The translations under genes and the position numbers were made by a program. A stretch of DNA of 41,046 nt from a virus (lineage: Duplodnaviria > Heunggongvirae > Uroviricota > Caudoviricetes): the IMG/VR virus record IMGVR_UViG_2529293060_000014. One strand, 5' to 3'. The notes under the pieces were generated by a model. It was not told where the DNA came from, made no database searches, and worked only from the letters and a program-made list of their open reading frames with translations. Numbering within the stretch: the first letter of the stretch is position 1; every line of letters starts with the position of its first letter. Shown in pieces: positions 35,926 through 41,046 of the stretch.

Positions 35926-37155
35926 ATGGCAAAAATCGCTAAGAAGCTCACTGACACTGAAATCAAAAGCACCAAGCCAGCCGATAAAGAAATCAACTTG
36001 TTTGACGGTGATGGTCTGATTCTACGAATCGCTCCTTTGGCGAAAGGAGGCAAGAAAAATTGGTATTTCAGGTATGCAGTACCAGTGAGCAAGAAAAGAA
36101 CCAAAATGAGCCTTGGGACATATCCTCACCTTACCCTTGCAAGAGCCAGAGCCTTACGTGATGAATATCTCTCCTTTCTGGCAAATGGTGTTGATCCCCA
36201 AATCCATAACAACGATAAGGCGAAGGCATTAAAGAGTGCTACTGAGCACACTCTCCAAGCCGTAGCGCGGAAATGGTTAGATGAGAAGGTAAAGACATCA
36301 GGTATCTCACAAGACCATGCAGCAGACATCTGGCGCAGCTTAGAGAGAAATGTCTTTCCCGGTCTGGGTAATGTCCCTATCAATGAGATCCGACCTAAGC
36401 TCTTAAAACAACACCTTGATCCTATTGAGCAACGAGGCGTATTGGAAACTCTACGCCGTATCATTTCACGTCTGAATGAAATCTTCCGGTGGGCAGCTAC
36501 TGAAGAACTTATTGAGTTCAACCCGGCTGACAACCTTGGTCAAAGATTCAGTAAACCAAAAAAGCAAAATATGCCTGCCCTTCCCCCAAGCGAATTGCCA
36601 AGGTTTATGGAATCTTTGACGAATGCGTCAATCCGGTTGGAAACACGTATGCTAATTGAATGGCAATTGTTGACATGGGTTCGTCCGGGTGAAGCCGTTC
36701 GCGCAAGGTGGTCTGATATTGATACAACCAACAGCATTTGGAACATTCCTGCTGATTTCATGAAAATGAAAAAGCTTCACAAAGTTCCTTTGAGTAAAGA
36801 AGCTTTGCGCATCCTTGAATTAATGAAATCAATAAGTGGGCATAGAGAATGGGTTTTCCCCAGCATAAAAGCGCCTCTTAATCATATGCATGAACAAACA
36901 GCCAACGCAGCTATCATCCGAATGGGGTTCGGAGGCGAGCTTGTAGCTCACGGTATGCGTTCTATTGCACGAACAGCGGCAGAGGAGTCTGGTAAATTCA
37001 GAGCTGAAGTTCTTGAGGCAGCGCTTGCCCACTCGAAAAAAGATGAAATTATCGCAGCATACAATCGTGCAGAATATCTGATAGAGCGACAGAGTTTGAT
37101 GCAATGGTGGAGTGATTACGTTCAAGCTCAAAGATCAAATGCTCTGGTAGCCTAA
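35926..37155 (+). CDS. intA: P4/CP4-57-type tyrosine integrase
   Basis: Track ORF 35884-37155; start set at MAKIAKKLTDTEIKS by similarity to E. coli IntA (MARKTKPLTDTEIKAAKP...) as recalled; conserved HGMRSIARTAAEE and AYNRAEYL boxes. Confidence 0.85.
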   Translation: MAKIAKKLTDTEIKSTKPADKEINLFDGDGLILRIAPLAKGGKKNWYFRYAVPVSKKRTKMSLGTYPHLTLARARALRDEYLSFLANGVDPQIHNNDKAKALKSATEHTLQAVARKWLDEKVKTSGISQDHAADIWRSLERNVFPGLGNVPINEIRPKLLKQHLDPIEQRGVLETLRRIISRLNEIFRWAATEELIEFNPADNLGQRFSKPKKQNMPALPPSELPRFMESLTNASIRLETRMLIEWQLLTWVRPGEAVRARWSDIDTTNSIWNIPADFMKMKKLHKVPLSKEALRILELMKSISGHREWVFPSIKAPLNHMHEQTANAAIIRMGFGGELVAHGMRSIARTAAEESGKFRAEVLEAALAHSKKDEIIAAYNRAEYLIERQSLMQWWSDYVQAQRSNALVA

Positions 37156-37193
37156 GTATCAGAATAGCTAATATAATCCTGAAGGTAAAGAAA

Positions 37194-37610
37194 ATGGAAA
37201 CCCTATTCAAAGTTTTTGAAAAATTTAGTTCCAGACCACTTTTTTTTATTTTTTTCGGACTCTCACTTTGTGAATTTTTTCAGAAACAATCTGTTCTGAT
37301 GAATCCATCAGCAGATAACATCGCGAAATTATTCGCAGCCATGATATTAGTTGTTTTTTTTACTTGGGGATTTGAATGGCTAATCTTCAAGTTCAATGTA
37401 AACCTTGAACCTCATGATCAAGGCGATATTGGACCAACAATTGGAACGGCTACTTTAGCTGTATACTTAGTTTATGCCTTTCACTTTCTCAGTGAAAATC
37501 CTGAAGCATTAAATTTAAAGTTATTAACTAACTCTGGCTTTATATACAGCACAACTCTATTATTATTCTCATTAGAATGCATGAAGCTTAGAAGACTTAA
37601 ACAAAAATAA
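37194..37610 (+). CDS. hypothetical small integral membrane protein
   Basis: 138 aa with 3-4 predicted hydrophobic helices; AT-rich. Confidence 0.5.
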   Translation: METLFKVFEKFSSRPLFFIFFGLSLCEFFQKQSVLMNPSADNIAKLFAAMILVVFFTWGFEWLIFKFNVNLEPHDQGDIGPTIGTATLAVYLVYAFHFLSENPEALNLKLLTNSGFIYSTTLLLFSLECMKLRRLKQK

Positions 37611-37641
37611 ACAACATCATTGTGATGATAAATATAAAATA

Positions 37642-37670
37642 GGCATGGCGAAAAAAAAATCACCACGCCT
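37642..37670. terminator. hairpin between convergent membrane-protein gene and receiver-domain gene
   Basis: GGCATGGCG-A9-TCACCACGCC imperfect stem-loop. Confidence 0.35.
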
Positions 37671-37682
37671 AAAATATAATAA

Positions 37683-39449
37683 TTATGGTAGCATCATTGA
37701 TACATAATCCACACCAATCCTTGAGCTATACTGAGACGCTATAGCCTGATATCTTTCTGCATAACCAGTTCTCAGTTGAGATTTAAGTTTGAGTCGGACA
37801 GGAACATTTTGCACGTTGCCATCCATATTACTTAAAAACACGGCAGAAATAATATTTTTTTCTTCGCCATCAACTGTTGTTCCATGATTCAACACCACCA
37901 TATAATCAACAACAGGAAGCGTTTTATCCCCTTCGAAAATAGAGAGATATTTTCTTTGATTTTTATGCATTACATATATATATTTCGAATGTTCAGCAAA
38001 TGGCAATGCTTTACTCTGACTGGCGTTAAAAAGCTCCAGAACTTTAATGAGCCTGTGCGGACTTAATCTTACATGGTGAGGGTCGTTACCCTGAGTAGGA
38101 ACCAAATCACATGCCGCAGATACACATAAATACCATTTGTTCGACTCTGTATCAAAGAAAATAGTGCCAGTAGAAATATGACCATCTTCAAAATTCTTTG
38201 AAGACAAATTCATATTTAAAGCATGATACATTTCGTGATAAGTATCATTATTTGATGGCAGATCCATTTTTGAAGAGCAATATTGGAGCAATGCAGCAAC
38301 TCCGCTGTTAGCGTATTCATTTGAATAGCTATCAAAAACACTTTTGATAAATTCATCCAGCGTATTATTATTTTTAAGTCTTTGATAAAGCTCTTCTGAT
38401 AAATTACCAAATACAAAGTCAATATTTCTACATCTAATATCAGGCGAGTCTGATTTTAATATCTCATTTAACCACGCAGCTTGACCGTAATGATCGTTAG
38501 CCAAATGATTTACAAAAGATAAAGCCTCAGCTTCGATTGCATTCTGAATTTCAGATTTTATTAACTGATAATAAGATGGTTTCCATTCAATGAGAGAATC
38601 ATTGAGAGTTTGCCAAATCCTATCTCCATCGTTTTCATGATCATCTTGAACCTTATGAAATAGGGAGACAAAGATATTACCACATTGAATCCATTTTACT
38701 CCGCTTTCATCACCCCGAATGACATTGCCAGATGTGTTGCTAGAAATAATTGCATTTCTAGACACAGCATATTCTGCAATCATTTTTGCAATGAAGTTTT
38801 TATCCTTTTGATCCTCCAACACAGCATCATCATGTATTAATCTTTTAATTCTTCTACAAGGCTTACTGTCTTTAATATAGGCTATTGTTTCATCTCTTGT
38901 GAGAGCTTTATTACCATTATCATTTAAGTTCGGTAATACAACGTCTTCCCAATAACTTTGGACATCTTCATTATCGTAGTCAATGATCAAGCTGTTGATA
39001 TCCAGAGCACCTTTGAGAGTCGATGATATCTGCATCCAAACCGTTTCTAAATTCTCTCTAGTATATATTACAATCATATTTAAATGATCGGAGTCTTTCA
39101 AATCTTGTAATAGTTTAAGTGTTTTATCAGGTGCATTATTATCAAGATGATAATCTACAATAATAAGATCTGATTTTCTAATCCGATCCACATCGAAATT
39201 AACAGAACCATTGTCAACATCACAAATCATATTTTTAGATTGAAAAAAGCTCTCAAGAGTAGCGGCTCGTTTAGATGAGTCAATTTTGTTGTAGTCTAAA
39301 TCAACTTCGTTATTCAACGCCCTGATTGATTCAGAATACGTCAGAAAATCGTCATCAATCATGACAACGGAACGAATTGCATTTTCGCAGAAAGTTTTCT
39401 GGACAAGAGAATTATAATTTGCCACTGTCATATTAGAACTCCACTCCAT
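37683..39449 (-). CDS. receiver (REC)-domain protein with large uncharacterised C-terminal output domain
   Basis: 588 aa; N-terminus has CheY-like landmarks (VVMIDDDF acidic pocket, IIVDYHL candidate phospho-acceptor Asp, MIVIYT); remaining ~440 aa match no family I recognise; start overlaps the upstream kinase stop by 17 nt. Confidence 0.6.
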   Translation of the reverse strand: MEWSSNMTVANYNSLVQKTFCENAIRSVVMIDDDFLTYSESIRALNNEVDLDYNKIDSSKRAATLESFFQSKNMICDVDNGSVNFDVDRIRKSDLIIVDYHLDNNAPDKTLKLLQDLKDSDHLNMIVIYTRENLETVWMQISSTLKGALDINSLIIDYDNEDVQSYWEDVVLPNLNDNGNKALTRDETIAYIKDSKPCRRIKRLIHDDAVLEDQKDKNFIAKMIAEYAVSRNAIISSNTSGNVIRGDESGVKWIQCGNIFVSLFHKVQDDHENDGDRIWQTLNDSLIEWKPSYYQLIKSEIQNAIEAEALSFVNHLANDHYGQAAWLNEILKSDSPDIRCRNIDFVFGNLSEELYQRLKNNNTLDEFIKSVFDSYSNEYANSGVAALLQYCSSKMDLPSNNDTYHEMYHALNMNLSSKNFEDGHISTGTIFFDTESNKWYLCVSAACDLVPTQGNDPHHVRLSPHRLIKVLELFNASQSKALPFAEHSKYIYVMHKNQRKYLSIFEGDKTLPVVDYMVVLNHGTTVDGEEKNIISAVFLSNMDGNVQNVPVRLKLKSQLRTGYAERYQAIASQYSSRIGVDYVSMMLP

Positions 39450-39818
39450 TGAACTGGATCACAAAATTAGCGCCATCTTTTATTAAATAGTTATCGCCTT
39501 CATCAGGTTCTGAATACCATATTTTATGATGTGCAACAGCAAGGTTTTCTCGACATAGATACAGACCTACCCCATGTCCATTTGCTCTTTTGCTATAAAA
39601 TAGTTCAAATAGTCGCGGGATATCATCGGTATCAATTGCCGGACCAGAATTTGCTATGATAACCAAAGAATTCACAAAACCAATCTTTATGAGCCTATTA
39701 TTTGACAGACTGACCCAATACATTGCATTGTTGATAATATTAGTAAAAACAGGATAGATCCTTGATGGTATATCTGTTATTGCGATTTGCTTAAACTCTT
39801 CACTAAATTCAATAGTTA
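39433..39818 (-). pseudogene. sensor histidine kinase, 3' fragment only (5' part interrupted by IS3)
   Basis: Encodes a HATPase_c catalytic domain (N-box NIINNAMYW, G1 ANSGPAID, F-box FELFY, G2 GHGVGLYLCRENL); the frame runs without a start into the IS3 terminal repeat at 39819. Confidence 0.65.
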
Positions 39819-39883
39819 TGATCTTACCCAGCAATAGTGGACACGCGGCTAAGTGAGTAAACTCTCAGTCAGAGGTGACTCAC

Positions 39884-40183
39884 ATGACAAAAACAGTATC
39901 AACCAGTAAAAAACCCCGTAAACAGCATTCGCCTGAATTTCGCAGTGAAGCCCTGAAGCTTGCTGAACGCATCGGTGTTACTGCCGCAGCCCGTGAACTC
40001 AGCCTGTATGAATCACAGCTCTACAACTGGCGCAGTAAACAGCAAAATCAGCAGACGTCTTCTGAACGTGAACTGGAGATGTCTACCGAGATTGCACGTC
40101 TCAAACGCCAGCTGGCAGAACGGGATGAAGAGCTGGCTATCCTCCAAAAGGCCGCGACATACTTCGCGAAGCGCCTGAAATGA
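39884..40183 (+). CDS. insE: IS3 transposase OrfA
   Basis: 99 aa from ATG at 39884 (the track begins at an upstream GTG); HTH-containing IS3-family OrfA. Confidence 0.85.
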
Positions 40184-41046
40184 AGTATGTCTTTATTGAA
40201 AAACATCAGGCTGAGTTCAGCATCAAAGCAATGTGCCGCGTGCTCCGGGTGGCCCGCAGCGGCTGGTATACGTGGTGTCAGCGGCGGACAAGGATAAGCA
40301 CGCGTCAGCAGTTCCGCCAACACTGCGACAGCGTTGTCCTCGCGGCTTTTACCCGGTCAAAACAGCGTTACGGTGCCCCACGCCTGACGGATGAACTGCG
40401 TGCTCAGGGTTACCCCTTTAACGTAAAAACCGTGGCGGCAAGCCTGCGCCGTCAGGGACTGAGGGCAAAGGCCTCCCGGAAGTTCAGCCCGGTCAGCTAC
40501 CGCGCACACGGCCTGCCTGTGTCAGAAAATCTGTTGGAGCAGGATTTTTACGCCAGTGGCCCGAACCAGAAGTGGGCAGGAGACATCACGTACTTACGTA
40601 CAGATGAAGGCTGGCTGTATCTGGCAGTGGTCATTGACCTGTGGTCACGTGCCGTTATTGGCTGGTCAATGTCGCCACGCATGACGGCGCAACTGGCCTG
40701 CGATGCCCTGCAGATGGCGCTGTGGCGGCGTAAGAGGCCCCGGAACGTTATCGTTCACACGGACCGTGGAGGCCAGTACTGTTCAGCAGATTATCAGGCG
40801 CAACTGAAGCGGCATAATCTGCGTGGAAGTATGAGCGCAAAAGGTTGCTGCTACGATAATGCCTGCGTGGAAAGCTTCTTTCATTCGCTGAAAGTGGAAT
40901 GTATCCATGGAGAACACTTTATCAGCCGGGAAATAATGCGGGCAACGGTGTTTAATTATATCGAATGTGATTACAATCGGTGGCGGCGGCACAGTTGGTG
41001 TGGCGGCCTCAGTCCGGAACAATTTGAAAACAAGAACCTCGCTTAG
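40180..41046 (+). CDS. insF: IS3 transposase OrfB (DDE catalytic domain), normally expressed as an OrfAB frameshift fusion
   Basis: 288 aa with the rve-type integrase core; ATG overlaps the orfA stop. Confidence 0.85.

Larger units (their letters stand above)
39819..41046 (+). mobile_element. IS3 insertion sequence (left end and both ORFs; right terminus lies beyond the window)
   Basis: Left terminus TGATCTTACCCAGCAATAGTGGACACGCGGCTAAGTGAGTAAACTC... and the OrfA/OrfB protein sequences match E. coli IS3 as recalled. Confidence 0.9.

Overview
The window starts in the chromosomal smpB-ssrA locus and is almost entirely horizontally acquired DNA stacked at the 3' end of ssrA (tmRNA). All calls below come from reading the sequence and the supplied ORF track against remembered protein families; no database search or computation was run. 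(1) smpB (1-483) and a complete 363-nt tmRNA gene (698-1060). (2) An apparently complete P2/186-family myovirus prophage (about 1061-35715) bounded by a 45-bp direct repeat of the ssrA 3' end (1016-1060 and 35716-35760). Its gene order is ogr, D-U-T-E/E'-FII-FI, a Hin/Gin/Cin-type invertase with an invertible tail-fibre cassette, G/tfa-H-I-J-W-V-S-R, spanins, SAR-endolysin, holin, X-L-M-N-O, divergent P-Q, a cos-like site, an SOS (LexA-box) operon, replication gene A, dam, a TraR-like gene, and a 186-type cII-apl / cI-int switch. (3) Cargo loci inside the prophage: a PRTase + DprA-like pair (ShosTA-like) between portal gene Q and the cos-like site, a secreted 141-aa protein, a BRCT-domain protein next to attL, and a P-loop kinase-cytidine deaminase fusion (AvcD / dCTP-deaminase-like) between int and attR. 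(4) Downstream of the second ssrA repeat, a P4/CP4-57-type integrase island carries a small membrane protein and a sensor-kinase / receiver-domain pair whose 588-aa receiver protein has a C-terminal domain of about 440 aa that I cannot assign; the kinase gene is cut by an IS3 copy that runs to the window end. This last module is my best candidate for something undescribed; the deaminase, the PRTase/DprA pair and the BRCT protein look like defence-type morons.
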